In this document: piece after piece, positions 1-12,725 of the stretch
How positions within the stretch are numbered: the stretch's first letter is position 1
How the letters are laid out: each line of letters starts with the position of its first letter
Assembly (NCBI RefSeq): GCF_004010195.1
Contig: NC_057720.1
Span: forward strand, 25,969,257 to 26,032,745
Length of the DNA stretch: 63,489 nt
DNA from: Chiloscyllium plagiosum
Taxonomy: Eukaryota
Direction: 5' to 3'
Translations under genes and position numbers: made by a program
Notes under the pieces: model-generated
What the model was told of the DNA's origin: nothing
The model's database searches: none
The model's input: only the letters and a program-made list of their open reading frames with translations

Positions 1-1204
1 ACGCAGCAATGCGTCAGTTAAGTTTTCCACCTGGAAAGGCTGTCATTTGTATATCGTGCCAAACTTCAAATTAACCCCAGGCCAAATGTGTGCAGGCATC
101 TGTATGTGTCCCTCCTGTTTTCTTTTCAGTAGATGGGAGTGAGGGTTGGGGGAGGGGGATTGGGGTGGAGGCAGAGGGGCTGGTGGTTGTGTGTGTGAAT
201 TGCACAGGCATAGGAGAAAGTTTTAACTTCTGACTCATCAAAATGGTAAGAATATGAGGACTCCTTTTGCCATTAATACATGGAAATGAAGAATCAATTG
301 CTACAGCTCAGCTGGTGGATTGGTGTCCATCATGAATTTTCATATTCACAGTGGAAGGCAACTGAAAGGGGGGTCCTCCTGCATATGGACAGTGCCATTG
401 TTTTTACAAAGCAGGCTGCCTGATGATTATATAAGCTGACATGATCCAAATTGGACCTTAATGTTGATGTTTCTCACTAAATATAAACTTCATTATAAAC
501 TTCAGTTTATAAACTAAATATAAACTGAATTTTATGAGTCACTGCAGGCTGGGTAAACTGTTATCTTGGTGTGCCATGCTATGGATTGCCTTGTTATTCA
601 ATTGTGGACACACAGTAATTTTATAGGTGACAACAAGCCATCAGGTGGAATACCAGTCTAAAAATGGGTGACAAACGGCCAACCCAGGGCAGCATCTTGC
701 CATTTCTCTGAATTCATTGAGCGACATGATGTGATACAGACAGCATATTTTAGGATGTGTCTGTATTTTGTATAACTATTATCCAATTAGCAAGGGAACT
801 GTAAGCAGTATGCGCTATATCAGATGGCAAACAAAATCAAGCAGTGTAGACAGATAATGGTCTGCATTTGAAATTAGATACTACCTCACTAGAATTTGTT
901 CTTCATTGTTCTCTCTAGGCATGAAGTATTGATCTGGAAGAAATTTAAACTCCAGTTCAGCTTGGGATGAAAGTGATCTCCATACCTTAATAATTGGACT
1001 GGAGTTTTTACAACACCTCTGTAAACAATTCAAAGCAGCTTGCACAGAATTACTGTTCTGGTTCAGCTGTTATAATGATTCAGCTGTTGACCAATTATGA
1101 TACCTGCATAGATGTAAATTCTGCACTGCATCAGAGTCTGGTTGCATTGCAGTCCTTCACGAGTGATAACACATTGCACATTTGTTTCAAAGTAATGAAT
1201 ATAT

Positions 1205-1520
1205 TTTCAAATGCCTTCCATGACCTCACAACTCCATCTCTGCAACCTCCTCTCCTCCTACTATCTGTGATATCTCTGCTTGTCCAGCTCTGGTCTCTTG
1301 AGCATCCCCAATTATCACTGTTCCACCTTTGGTCTCCATTTTTTCAGTTGCTGTGGTTCCACGTTCTGGAACTCCTTCCCTAAATATCTATAACTTTTTA
1401 CCTCACCTTCCTTCTTAAAGATAGTCCAAAAACCTATTGCTTTGTTCAAGCTTCTGATCATCTGACCCATGTATTTAATAGATTTGATGCAATTTATTGT
1501 TTCAAATAAAATGCCTTTTA
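1205..1520 (+). mobile_element. Old L2-type LINE 3' remnant
   Basis: Decayed match to recalled L2 3' end: ccttccatgacctcac...ctctggtctcttgagcatccc...ctggaactccttccctaaa...aaaacctattgctttgttcaagctt. Confidence 0.55.
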
Positions 1521-1774
1521 TGATATTTATTCCAATGACAGATGTTAAGCCTGAAGTTTTACTCTCCAAGGACCTTGTCTAACTTGCCAAGTGTTTTCAG
1601 CATTTTCTGCTTTTATTTCAGATTTCCAATATCTGCAGTATTTGGCGTTTATACAGTGTATTTTTAATTCTCTTTATCTTTATTTTTGCTTCTCTTTGAC
1701 GTGCACTGCATATCAAATCTTGGCACCTCAGAAATTTAGACATTAATGGGTATAGTGTAGAAACAAAACTTTAT

Positions 1775-2485
1775 AGAGTCATAGAGGTTTACAGCATGGA
1801 AGCTGACCCTTTGGCTCTACTTGTCCATGCCGCCCAGTTTTCACAATAAATCTAGTCCAATTTGTCTGCATTTGATCCATATCCCTCCATACTTATCCCA
1901 ACCATGTACCTGTGCGAATGTTTCATAAATGACAAAATTGTACTCGCTTCCACCACTACCTCTGGCTGCACATTCCAGACACTCATCACCATCTGTGTGA
2001 AAAAAATTGCTCTTCTGGACCCTGTTGTATCTCTCCCCTCTCACCTCTTAAACCTGTGCCCTCTAGTTTTAGTCTCCCCTATAATGGGGAAAAGCTGTTA
2101 GCTATCTATCTTATCTATGCCTCTTAAGATTTTATATACCTCTATAAGGTCTACTACATTGGAGGGAAAAAAACTCCCAGCTTATCCAGCTTCCTCTTAT
2201 AACTCTAATCTCCCAGTCAAAGTAGCATCCTGGTACAGACAAACCACGATTATTCGGCATTCGATTATCCGAGTATTGGATTTTCCGGTATGATCACAAG
2301 GTCCCAATGCTTGGCTAAACTATGTTATCCAGCATTTGATGATCTGGAATTCAATTAACCGAGCAAAATACTCCCCGCATGTGTCCTTCGGATAATCGAG
2401 GTTCCTCTGTAAATCTTTTATGCATTCTTTCTCGTTTAATTGTATCCTTTCTATAGTAGGATGACCAGAGTGACATATTTTCTGA
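1775..2485 (-). mobile_element. CR1 (HER1-like) LINE 3' fragment, interrupted by a MITE
   Basis: Minus-strand ORF2 C-terminal peptide remnants and HER1-type tail (atagagtcatagag on +). Confidence 0.9.
2236..2409. mobile_element. Tc1/mariner (pogo/Tigger-like) MITE, 174 bp
   Basis: Imperfect TIRs cagacaaaccacgattattcgg / cggataatcgaggttcctctg; TA duplication at 2234-2235 and 2410-2411; host CR1 rejoins across it (catcctggta|aatctttt). Confidence 0.85.
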
Positions 2486-2939
2486 TATTTGAAGTGACAG
2501 AACATAATAACTGGCCAAGAGATAGGATTACAATAGAACTTGGTTTTGCCAGGTTTCCACTCATGTCGAACATTCCTTTTATATTCCAGTCTGAGCCAGA
2601 TCTTCCACCCACCTTCTTACTTTTGGGAGATGTGACAGAGCCAGAACCAGAGCCAAATTTCATGTTTGCTCGGGACAAGTTGCTCAGGCCATTTCTGGTA
2701 GACTACAGAGAAGAAGTCTCCAAACATTGAACAGGGAAGATAGTTAGGTTTAATCCAAGATGGTTACTTTCTCCAAGAACCCGGATTGTCCTTTTGGCAC
2801 CTGATGGGAAGAAGATTTCCTCAGGTCTTCACCAGGCCTCTTGTCACCCGTTAGACTGGCATGGCACCATGCTGATATTATGTGAGGATTTCCAGGCAGG
2901 CCCAACTAAAGCAATGCTGATTCCTTAGTTATGCACAGA

Positions 2940-3230
2940 GAAGGAAAGACTTGAATTTTATAGAGAACAACTTTGGAATTTCCCCAAGTACTTTGTAGCC
3001 AATTAAGTAATGATTTGGATCAGGAAACACAGCAACCAGTTTATATAAGCTCCCACAAGTGGCAGAGCAATTACGGCTAGAAAATAATTTTTGATGATGT
3101 TGTTTGAGAGAAAATATTGAGCAGGATACTGGTAAGAGCACTCAAATTGTTTATCAAACAATGCTATGAAATCTTTCACATGACCTGAGAGTGTGGATAT
3201 GGACTTGGTTAAAGCGTCATTTCAGGGACA
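2940..3230 (-). mobile_element. Decayed Deu-domain-type SINE
   Basis: Resembles recalled DeuSINE body and tail (aaagacttgaattt...ccaagtactttgtagccaat...aatattgagcaggatactgg). Confidence 0.5.
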
Positions 3231-3544
3231 AAGAGCCATAGCTTGAAGTTCGGGACAGTTATGCAGGGAATAATATATTTGTCATTCTCTAGATGACAGC
3301 ACAGTTGGATCCTCATAATGCCCAGTGTCTCTACAAATCCACATGCCCAATCCCATTCCCACTTCGAAAAGTACCTACCATCCTGAGCAATGTGCTGTCA
3401 TCCTGAGGCAAGACAGCAAACTATTCTTTGTTCTGTTGCCAAACAGCCAAGTGATCTTGGGTATGAACTCCTAGAAATCATCAAGAATAATCATAAAAGT
3501 CCTAATTTGTTATACAGCATCTTTCTACCTCATGCAAACGATTC

Positions 3545-3880
3545 GTAGAACATAAGGAGATCTCTCAGTCCATTGTGCCTGTACATGCCCTTTTAAAGAG
3601 TCCTTCAATTCGTCCCCATTCTTTGCTCTTTCCCCACAGCTTTGTTGAATTTTGTGTTATGTATTTATCCAATTCCATCTTGAAAGTTACTACTGATTCT
3701 GCTTCCACCTCCTTTCAGGCAGTACATTCCAGATTGCAACAACTCACTGTGTAAAGATTTTCCTAATTATGTTGCTGGTTCCTCTGACAAATACTTTCAA
3801 TCTGTGTCTTCTGGATGCCTTCCCTTCTGCAATTAGAAACAGTTTCTTCTTATCTACTTGATGTAATCCTTTTCGGAATA
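3545..3880 (-). mobile_element. Old CR1 3' remnant
   Basis: Decayed CR1 3' motifs (tgcttccacctcctttcaggcagtacattccaga...caactcactgtgtaaa). Confidence 0.6.
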
Positions 3881-4329
3881 TTGAGTAGGATTGAAATCAC
3901 TTGAGGGAGGCATTATGGGATAACATCTGGATGATAATTATTTTCGTGTACTGTATGTAAGCCAGAACAATTCTAAACTCTTGTCAAACCTTCATACGCA
4001 CAATGTTGAAGTTGATCGTACAAATGTCAAGCAACATCTGTATCAACTTTGTAATTTCTTTTCTGGAGGTTGGCTGAGATATTGTAGGTATCATTCAATG
4101 TGTTTCTACCAGAGGCTACAGCTGGTATATTTGCCCTTTTTCATTCTTAATGTCATCTGTGTCCCCTTTGTCATCTGCTTGACAATCATCATTTAATGTT
4201 GATTCCCCGTGACAGAATAAAGTTATGCAGGGCACAAACATCTATGACTTTAGTTGCAGTATAGTTCAGTCAGCAGATGTGTTCCTTAGTAGAATCACAA
4301 ATCATTGTACAGAACAAAGCCCTTGACCT

Positions 4330-4880
4330 CCAGAACCAACCACTCACTTATTATGAAGCATCAAAGTGTTAGAGCACAATATTTGTAAGCATAAAAACAG
4401 ATGTTGTGAGAATGGGCACAGAAGTGCTTTGATGCATGGCTGGAATCACAGACGAATTGTAGAAATGACAGCCTTTGCAATTCATGAAGGCAGTGGACTC
4501 ATTTACGAGAAGCCTCAAGATTGTCTGTGGGCAATCAATGACACCTAAGACTTGGAGGAAATATGTGTAAGTACAAGACACTATTCTGTTCTTTTTGACT
4601 TTCAAAGGAGAATCTGATGAACTCTTTGACATGAATGTCAACTTTCTGCGAGCAGAAAATGTAGACTGACTGTTGCTGATCTCCCCTATTGCAGCCAGAG
4701 GCAAGGAGAGTGCTTAGTAACTTTGGCTGTAACAGGCTAGTGCCAGTCAGAGTGCATTTCATGTCTTGGTATTCCAGTCAGTCCAGGTCTGTGGGAGTTT
4801 TGTCAGAGAGGAACAGTTTATTTTTTTTGCACTGTATCTTTGAGAGCTGCAGATATGTCGTTTTAAGCTTATGCACCCTT
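4330..4880 (+). mobile_element. Possible very decayed Gypsy integrase remnant
   Basis: Frameshifted peptides in the expected order: W.GITDE..EM...CNS (zinc finger end), P.TWRK, HYSVLFDF, ERTV-like; weak. Confidence 0.3.
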
Positions 4881-4889
4881 TATGCACTT

Positions 4890-5790
4890 CAATTGGTCAG
4901 CTCTACCAGACACTGCCCTTGAAGCACCTGCGGGGAGTGGAGGCGGGGGCGGGGTGGTGAGACTATCACACATCTCCTGCTGGAATGTGCCTTTGCAAAG
5001 GAAGTCTGGTGAAAAATGCTGTGGTTTCTGTTGATGTTCAACCCGAGCTGCTCTGTGATGCAGGACTCTGTGCTCTTAGAATCTAGCCAAACATCGACTG
5101 CACCTGGGGGACCATCAACTCAGTAGAAGATGCTCTTTGGTTTGCCTGAAACTTGTTGATCTACCAGAACAAGGAGTTGGCCTTGACAGAATGTTGCAGA
5201 TTGACACATTCCAAGATCAAGGATTGTGTGCTGGGGGGCACACTGAAGCTAGGGGCAGCTGCTGCCAAGGCGCAGTGGGGAAAGACCAATGTTTGAGATC
5301 TTTCTGCTGAAGTTAACTGGGAATCCATTCGGTAATCAGATCCTCCTCTTGCCTCAAATACATTTAAATGTAATCCTCTACATGTAAGAGATGTCCTTGG
5401 TTTGTTTGGATAGAGTTAAAAATCACACAGCACCAAGTTATCATCCAACAGGTTTATTTGGAAGCATTAGCTTTCAGAGTGCCACTCCTTCATCAGGTAG
5501 CTCTCACCTGGAATAGGGTTAGGGTTACATAGTTACCTGATGAAGGAGCAGAACTCCAAAAGCTACTGCTTCCAAATAAACCTGTTGGACTATGTCCTAG
5601 TGTTGTGTGATTTTTAACTTTGCCCACCCCAGTTCAACACTGGCTCCTTCACATCATGTTTGGGTAGAGTCAAATTCAAATGTTTATTTCCTTGATATGC
5701 TACTGTACACAAACGAACTGTATTTGTGACTATATATCACACAAAGATTTTTTTGTAAATAAAGTATTTTTTGAAATAATAAAAGAAAAC
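4890..5790 (+). mobile_element. Tx1 (L1 clade) LINE 3' end
   Basis: CP..C...ETITHLLLECAFAKEVW zinc knuckle, TINSVEDALW, LKLGAAAAKAQWGKTNV* (stop ~5296), then AATAAA and A-rich tail ~5758-5789. Confidence 0.85.
5417..5656. mobile_element. Self-inverted PLE terminal-repeat insertion, family B
   Basis: Inverted arms, each with a mutated hammerhead core; TSD TGTTTGG(A/G)TAGAGT at 5403-5416 and 5657-5670. Confidence 0.85.
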
Positions 5791-6592
5791 AACCCTCTGT
5801 AAGGATGAGTGTGTGATCTCCCTTTTGCTCAGTTCCATTGGTCCCTTCATTTGGGACCATTGCATCTCTTCCTCCAGGCAGACTTAAATCATGAATTGAA
5901 TTTTCTTTTTCAGAAACTTGCCGAAGGTTGTTCAGCTATTACAAAGTAAAAACAATGATCAGGATTTTATAGAGTCCTGAACAACATGGACTGTAGTGTG
6001 AAACCTGGGAGAATCCTGTGAGAAGACCAGTCAGGTCTTTCCCAAATTTAGGAGTAACAAATTACATTTTCCAGTAGCGTTCTGGATGTTGAGATGGGAT
6101 TCTCACTGGGGAGCAGTCAGATGTCTATTAACAGGGATTATCGCTCATTATCATTAAATTAACATAAACATTGATCTCACCTCATTAATATACATGTTAG
6201 AGACTAAATGCCAGGAATTCTGGACATGAAAGTCAGAGCTGGTGCCTGTTTACTTCGGCTTACTGTTAACTCTTCTATATCATCATCTTTGACACCTGGA
6301 ACCAATGTCTCTTGGTACACTCCATGAACAATGTATCCTCTATCCACAGACACTGGCATCTGATGTACGCTATCCTCTCCAACCACCAGACTCACTTACA
6401 GTACACTTCTAGACTGAGAGGCTGCATTTGAGTGCATCGGAAACTCTCATTGCAATGCTGCTGTAAGGGTACTGTGACAGGAACAAGGTTCAGGCACCTA
6501 GCTCACAGATTGGACTTGGCTGCATCTCCTAGCTGCTTTCTTGCTTTCTCAGTGTCCACTCACTTAGTGCCTACTCAGGTGCTCACAGCAAT

Positions 6593-6811
6593 GGGGAGAA
6601 AGTGAGGTCTGCAGATGCTGGAGATCAGAGCTGGAAATGTGTTGCTGGAAAAGCGCAGCAGGTCAGGCAGCATCCAGGGAACAGGAGAATCGACGTTTCA
6701 GGCATAATCGACGTTTCTTCTTTCCTGAAGAAGGGCTTATGCCCGAAACGTCGATTCTCCTGTTCCCTGGATGCTGCCTGACCTGCTGCGCTTTTCCAGC
6801 AACACATTTCC
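6593..6811. mobile_element. Self-inverted PLE terminal-repeat insertion, family A
   Basis: ~75-bp near-perfect inverted arms; perfect 13-bp TSD TGCTCACAGCAAT at 6580-6592 and 6812-6824. Confidence 0.9.
6725..6752 (+). ncRNA. Minimal type I hammerhead ribozyme core
   Basis: CTGAAGA-A-GGGC-ttat-GCCC-GAAA-C-GTC; intact core, weak stem I. Confidence 0.7.
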
Positions 6812-7409
6812 TGCTCACAGCAATCCCTGGCTTACCTTGTCTTGATTTTGTCTTGAAGTTGCAAATACCTTGCAAGGCTGATTATTGGGTTATCCTCTGC
6901 GACCGTGGTTAATGAATTTGTTATGTAACCCCCCCGACTGAGACTTTGCCGAAGTACAATACAGCCTAGAGTGGAGGAGATGGTAGACCTCTTGATGATG
7001 AGATGTCACTGCTTAAACATAGCTCGAGGAGCCCGTCAGTCTAGACATGACCGAGTGTGCTTCACAATTGGAGCGTGCTGCAGAACTGGAGCTCGGGATG
7101 CAATGGATGTTGTGCAACTGGGAGAGCTGCAGTAGCAGTCTTCCAAAGAGGAGGCTGAAGGCACTGAGCCATGTGTATGAAAGAGTGCAGCTGTCTCAGA
7201 TTTTCCAAGCCAGTCAGGACTTAATTGAGACCCGGCTCCAGTAGATGAGAGCTGGCTGCTGTGATCATTCATTGACTGTAAAATACTTGTTGCTCAACCA
7301 ACAAGCAGCTCATTTGTATTCCAGGAGAGAAATGCAACTTCTGTTTGCTTGATTCCTCTCTGCTCTGAGAACTTCCTTGCTTATGAAAGCCGCACAATAA
7401 ATATGTATA

Positions 7410-8425
7410 TAGAATCCCCACAGTGTAGAAACAGGCCATTCTGCTGATGTCTGCTTTATTCCACAAATCTGGACAATACAAGTTTTCTGTTCAACTTTAT
7501 TATCGGACAGCCGGCGAGAGATTCAAAGCATCACTAAAGTAGCCGAGTGCCAACTTGTAGCGGCTCTTCTTCACAAATCTCTGCCTTACACCCAGAGACA
7601 GTATATTTTATTGGAATTTGAACAAAGACTTATCAGTCACATGAATAATTGACATCACATAACTTAAAGTGGGCAATTATAATTTTACAAAACCTGATGA
7701 ATGTCAATGTCCTGAAATAATGTGGGAATCGACTAAAGAAACCGATTATCATTTCTTCCATGATTATGTGTTAATGGAAAGGAATTAAAGCAGAAAGATT
7801 TTGCCTGCTATAAATGGGGAACTCACATACCTATGCTAATATGGAGGTGAGGTAATTGGGGGGATTCACACACCTGTGCTAATATGGAGGGAAAATGAGA
7901 CAAAGGGAGAGGGAGGCAGCTAACTGGGTTGGGGCCAGGGCTATTAGTCCTGCTGGAAAGGGCAAAGGTCTTGTCTTGGCTTACTTGCGTGGAATGGGGA
8001 GAATCCACGTGTGGATTGAAAGAGTATGGGCTTTCAGTTGCTCTTGCAGTAAGTCTTTTTGGTAGCAGGATTTTTAACCGTAAAGTCCCCAATGTGCCCT
8101 GGAAGAGAAGCAAAGCATGGTACTGATGCGACCACCCCCCCACCCGTGACATTTTAACTTATTCAATTCAACATAACAAGTCCACACCAACCCTCCAAAG
8201 AACATCCCACCCACACCTACCCCCTTTACTGTATCCCTGTAAACCTGCTTTTCTTGTGGCTAATGCACCTAACCTACAGATACCTGAACATTATGGGGCA
8301 ATTTAGCATGGCCAATCCACCTAACTTGCACATCTTTCGGCTGTGGGAGGAAACCGGAGCACCAGGTGGAAACCCGCACAAACTTGAGAAGAATGTGCAA
8401 ATTCCACACAGACAGTTGCCTTAAC
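7410..8425 (-). mobile_element. HE1-type V-SINE split by a solo LTR
   Basis: Tail at 7410-7441 resumes at ~8170 (aacaagtccacacc...ggaggaaaccggagcacc). Confidence 0.85.
7442..8165 (-). mobile_element. Solo LTR (ERV or Gypsy type), 724 bp
   Basis: TG...CA termini; 4-bp TSD ATTC at 7438-7441 and 8166-8169; minus-strand AATAAA at 7496-7501 and 7455-7460; internal 25-bp repeat. Confidence 0.75.
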
Positions 8426-9039
8426 GATAAGAAGCTGGACTGAGTGGACACTGGGGAAGGGGTGGCAGTGGCTTATTGAGAGTGGCAAAATTAGATGTGC
8501 CTCCAGATTGGCAAGGGTATGTGTGTGGCCTGGCACTTAAGTGACAATTGGAGTAAGAATATGCATGGGGGTGTCAGCTGTGCCCCCCTCTGTGCTGTGA
8601 AAACTGCTTGGCACAATGTTCTTGGTGAAGGGTAAATCCAGACTGCCAAGACTTGACCAGGTGCATGACTAGGAGTCCAAGAACACCAAGTGATGCCTTT
8701 ATTAATTGGGATGCCCTGTCAATGGTGAGTACTCCCAGCTCCAGGGGGTGTGAGTATTGGGTGCTGTTGGCCCAATGTAGATAGTTAATGAGCTGACTTT
8801 GAGAGCATAGCATGAGAAATTTGGTAGACCACAGAGAGAGAGAGAGACTCTCCATGAAACACAATGAAAATGACACTTAGCCAAAATATCGGAGATTCAG
8901 CACAAAGCTTCTGTGTGAAGATATGACTGAGAAATGCAGGCATGACCGCAGACAGTAAACTTACTTCTGAAATGTTTACAATGATTCAAATGGAACAGAT
9001 AAGTACATGTTTTGATAATGCTTTTAAAGCAGCACTCAT

Positions 9040-9420
9040 TTCAAGAAAGTTCACTGAATTATTACCAAATGCAATTTGACACTGAGCAGCATGAGTATTC
9101 ATCCAAAGGTTTTGCCAACCAAGTAGGTGTCAATGAATATTTTACTGGATGAGGTAGAGGCAGAATTGTAGAGAGATTTGGTTTATAGCCCAAGCAAGTG
9201 AAGGTTTGGTTAGCAATAGCCGAGAGATTAAAATGGGGATAATGCAAGGAGTGAGAACTGACAAAATGCAGAAATATTGGAAAATTGTCAGGTATGGGGC
9301 GATGACAGAGATAAGGAAGGAGAAAGTCACAAAGACATTTAAAAACAAGGATGAGAATTTAACAGATCAGAAAGCCATGTAGATAATTTGGACTGAATGA
9401 TATAAGAGTTTACGTAATGC
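9040..9420 (-). mobile_element. Old L2-type 3' remnant
   Basis: Decayed reverse complement of the family at 1205-1520. Confidence 0.45.
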
Positions 9421-9889
9421 AGGTTATGGTGAAACTTGTGGCAGAATCCAATAAAGGGTCTAATAAGTTCCATCTTAAAGTTAAGTGCATCTAGCTTTTA
9501 TACTTATTACATGTGATATGGCAAGATTCTGGTTAGGCAGCATTGCAAATCGACGGTGATTAAAGCTTGTTAAATGCCTCATTGATATCCTAAAACTCTT
9601 CATTATCATTCAGGTTTCTACCTTCTCAACTCACCAATCAACCTGGATATTGAGAATATTCAACATGTAACCCAACAAGAACATGCCAAATTTATCTTGC
9701 CACTTGCTCCAAACAACCTCCATGTCGGGCATCAACATCTCAAGGCATACTGCATGTGCACTGAGCACACATGTACCTATGTCTATGGACATTGACATCT
9801 GACTTGTGCTAACATTTAAGAACCCTCATCTCTGACTTACTTCCAGGTAGACCTGGAAATTACAATTGTAATGGTGCAGAAAGGATACT

Positions 9890-10020
9890 AGGAGAAAGTG
9901 AGGACTGCAGATGGTGGAGATCAGAGCTGAAAAATGTGTTGCTGGAAAAGCGCAGCACGTCAGGCACCATCCAAGGAGCAGGAGAATCGACGTTTTGGGC
10001 ATAAGCCCTTCTTCAGGAAT
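9890..10020 (-). mobile_element. PLE terminal repeat, family A, single arm
   Basis: Same consensus as 6593-6811; hammerhead GAAA mutated to AAAA. Confidence 0.85.
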
Positions 10021-10904
10021 CAAGGCAGAAAGGATACTGTCAGCTCAAGGACATGCATCCAGCTCAGGAGCAGACCAGGTCGCATCTGTGGACTGTCTTT
10101 AAAAAATCACTCTGGTCCCACCCAGATCCCAGCAGCATTCCTGCCTTGCCTTTCTGTGCTTTGCCCCTCAGGCAGAGATATAAGCATTACATCACTTCAG
10201 TGTTGCCTTACCATTTAGCACAGCCAAATTGGAAGGATGCTTTTCATGGTTGACAGCAGATCTTAGTCAAACCTACTGAGATAGCCTTCACTAAAGGGAT
10301 ACTGGCACAGTAAAAGACAGCCTCTGATACCACTCCAGGGGATAAGCAATAGTTAGTCAGCCACTCAGGATGGTTACAGTAAGGAGGAGTGAGGAGTTGG
10401 TAGCCCACCAACCAACTTGACTTTTTCTAGCCTATTGAGGGTTATGAATTTGACTAGGTTTGAGTTCAGATGGCAGTAAAGTGCAAGGGAATGGGAGAGT
10501 TTTAATACAGCCCTGATCAGTGGTCAGGGACAAGACGCTGTGACTGTGAGTAAAGCAGATAAGGGGATTGAGAAGGCGGGACTGAAAAATCTCAGACTTT
10601 TGTAATTCTTACTCCCTATTTGGATGAAAGTGAGATCTGCAAAGTGGATGAGCAACCTGACCATGGTACCAAGAGACATCCAAACAGGGACAGTTTACAG
10701 AAATGCAGTAGTAGAGTACTGTATGGTCAGACAGATAAGCATAGTTTCATGCGACAGAATGTGAGTCCATAGAGCTAAGTTGCCTGCCTGGTGACAGGGT
10801 TTGGGAAATCTGCTCTAGGATGAACAGGAACATGGAGTGAGATGGCTACAGATCAGTGATAATGACCCACCTAGGTAGCGATAACATGGGTCCAACTCAG
10901 AAAG

Positions 10905-11532
10905 AGGTTTTGGTCAGAGTATTGAGCACAGGAGTTGGGAGGTCATTTGTGGCTATACAGGACATTGGTGAGGCCACTTTTGGAATATTGCATGCAATTC
11001 TGGTCTCCTTCCTATGGAAGAATGTTGTGAAATTGAAAGGATTCAGAAAAAAATTACAAGCATGTTGCCAGGGTTGGAGGATTTAAGCTAGAGGGAGAAG
11101 CAGAATGGGCTGGGGCTGTTTTCCCTGGAGCATCGGAGGCTAAGAGGTGACCTTATAGAGGTTCATAAAATCATGAGGGGCATGCATAGGGTAAATAGTC
11201 AAGATCTTTTCCCTGGGGTGGGCGCATCTAGAACTAGAGGGCACAGATTTAGGGTGAAAGGGGAAATATATAAAAGGAACCTAAGGGGCAACATTTTCGC
11301 ACAGAGGGTGATACGTGTATGGAATGAGCTATCAGAGGAAGTAGTTGAGGCTGGTACAATTGCAACATTTAAAAGGCATCTGGATGGGTATATGAATAGG
11401 AAGATTTTAGAGGGATATGGGCCAAATGCTGGCAAATGGGACTAGATTAGGTTAGGATATCTGGTCAGCATGGACGAGTTGGACTGAAGGGTTTGTTTCT
11501 ATGCTGTACATCTCTATGACTATGACTCTATG
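10905..11532 (+). mobile_element. HER1-like CR1 3' fragment
   Basis: MRGMHRVNSQDLFPGVG...VWNELSEEVVEAGTIATFKRHLDGYMNRK; (ctatga)n-like tail. Confidence 0.95.
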
Positions 11533-12586
11533 AGTACGGCCCTCGAGAGAACAAATGGAGAAGCAGAACTTTAAAGGTAATAAACACTCCATTCACACTT
11601 GAACAGTTTGAAAATTGGCAAAGGGTTAATAAAATTGCAAAGATGGCTCAAAGATTGGTGTGGAAGAAATTAATTTTGATTCCTGCAGCACTGATAACTG
11701 GATTATGGACTGTTGGGGTAGTCTTCATCTGAACTGTGCTGTGAACAATATTTTACCAAGTTGTCTGACTTGAGTAGTAGAAAGAATTTTTAAGTAAAAA
11801 TAGAGATGAGTGATCAAGTTTGGGAAGATTCTATAAATTAAATAAAGAAGACAAGAGAGTAAGGTAGCAAGAAAGGAAATGGTGACCAGCGTGTGGTAGG
11901 AAGGGACAAAGTGTAAACCTAAGAGTGCAAAAGAAGATAGGACTAGAGATTACAAACATGGTAAAAAGACAGAACTAAAGGCTCTGTGTTGGAAGATGTA
12001 TAGTATTCATACCAAAGGAGATGAATTGATAATGCAAATAGAAATAATATATGATCTGACATTTATTATTGAATCATGACGAAAGGGTGAGAAAGACTGG
12101 GACTAGGACATTCAAGGATATACAACATTTAGAAAGGATATGAAGCTCCGAAAATGTGGAAGGGAAACTCTGTTAATTTAGAATGTCATCAATACAAGTT
12201 CTGATTAGTTTTGGAGATTGAGACGTGGAATTATTTTGGGTCAAGGTGGGAATAATCATTGGGGACATAAATTTAAGACAAGGGGCAGGTGATTTAGTCA
12301 GGATGTCAGGAAAAGTTTTCACCAAGAGAATGGCAGGAAACTAGAATGTTTTACCTGTTGGGATGATCGAGACAGAAACTCTTATAACATTTAAGAAGTA
12401 TTTAGATTCACACTTGCAATGCCAAGACATACAAGGCTATGGGACAAGTGCTGGGAAATGCAATTAGAATAGTTAGGTGGTTGCTTTTGACTAGTACAGA
12501 CTTGATGGGCTCTGTAATGTTAAAAGAAAGAAGTCACTCTATGATTGGTTTATGGGTCCCTGCATAACAACCACACAATAGGATGA

Positions 12587-12725
12587 AAAACCGAAAGAAC
12601 AGCGGATGCTGGGAGTCAGAAACAAAAGCAGAAATTGCTGGAAAATTTCAGCAGGTCTGGCAGCATTTGTGAAGAGAAATCAGAGTTAACATTTTTGGTC
12701 CAGTGACCCTTCTTCAGAACTGATG
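12587..12725 (-). mobile_element. PLE terminal repeat, family C
   Basis: Reverse complement ctgaagaagggtcactggacc..aaatgttaac; 11-bp TSD CAATAGGATGA at 12576-12586 and 12726-12736. Confidence 0.8.

Larger units (their letters stand above)
6560..7244 (+). mobile_element. PIF/Harbinger DDE transposase remnant
   Basis: LQG*LLGYPLRPWLM..CNP (6870-6930), KYN fused to QYS.E, C-terminus ASQDLIETRLQ*. Confidence 0.75.

Noticed and set aside
136..180. G-rich potential G-quadruplex
   Set aside because: Common low-complexity tract with no supporting context
994..1569. 129-aa and 84-aa ORFs
   Set aside because: Overlap a decayed L2; no coding signature
6625..6912. Mirror-image ORFs MCCWKSAAGQA on both strands
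   Set aside because: A consequence of the palindromic PLE insert, not genes
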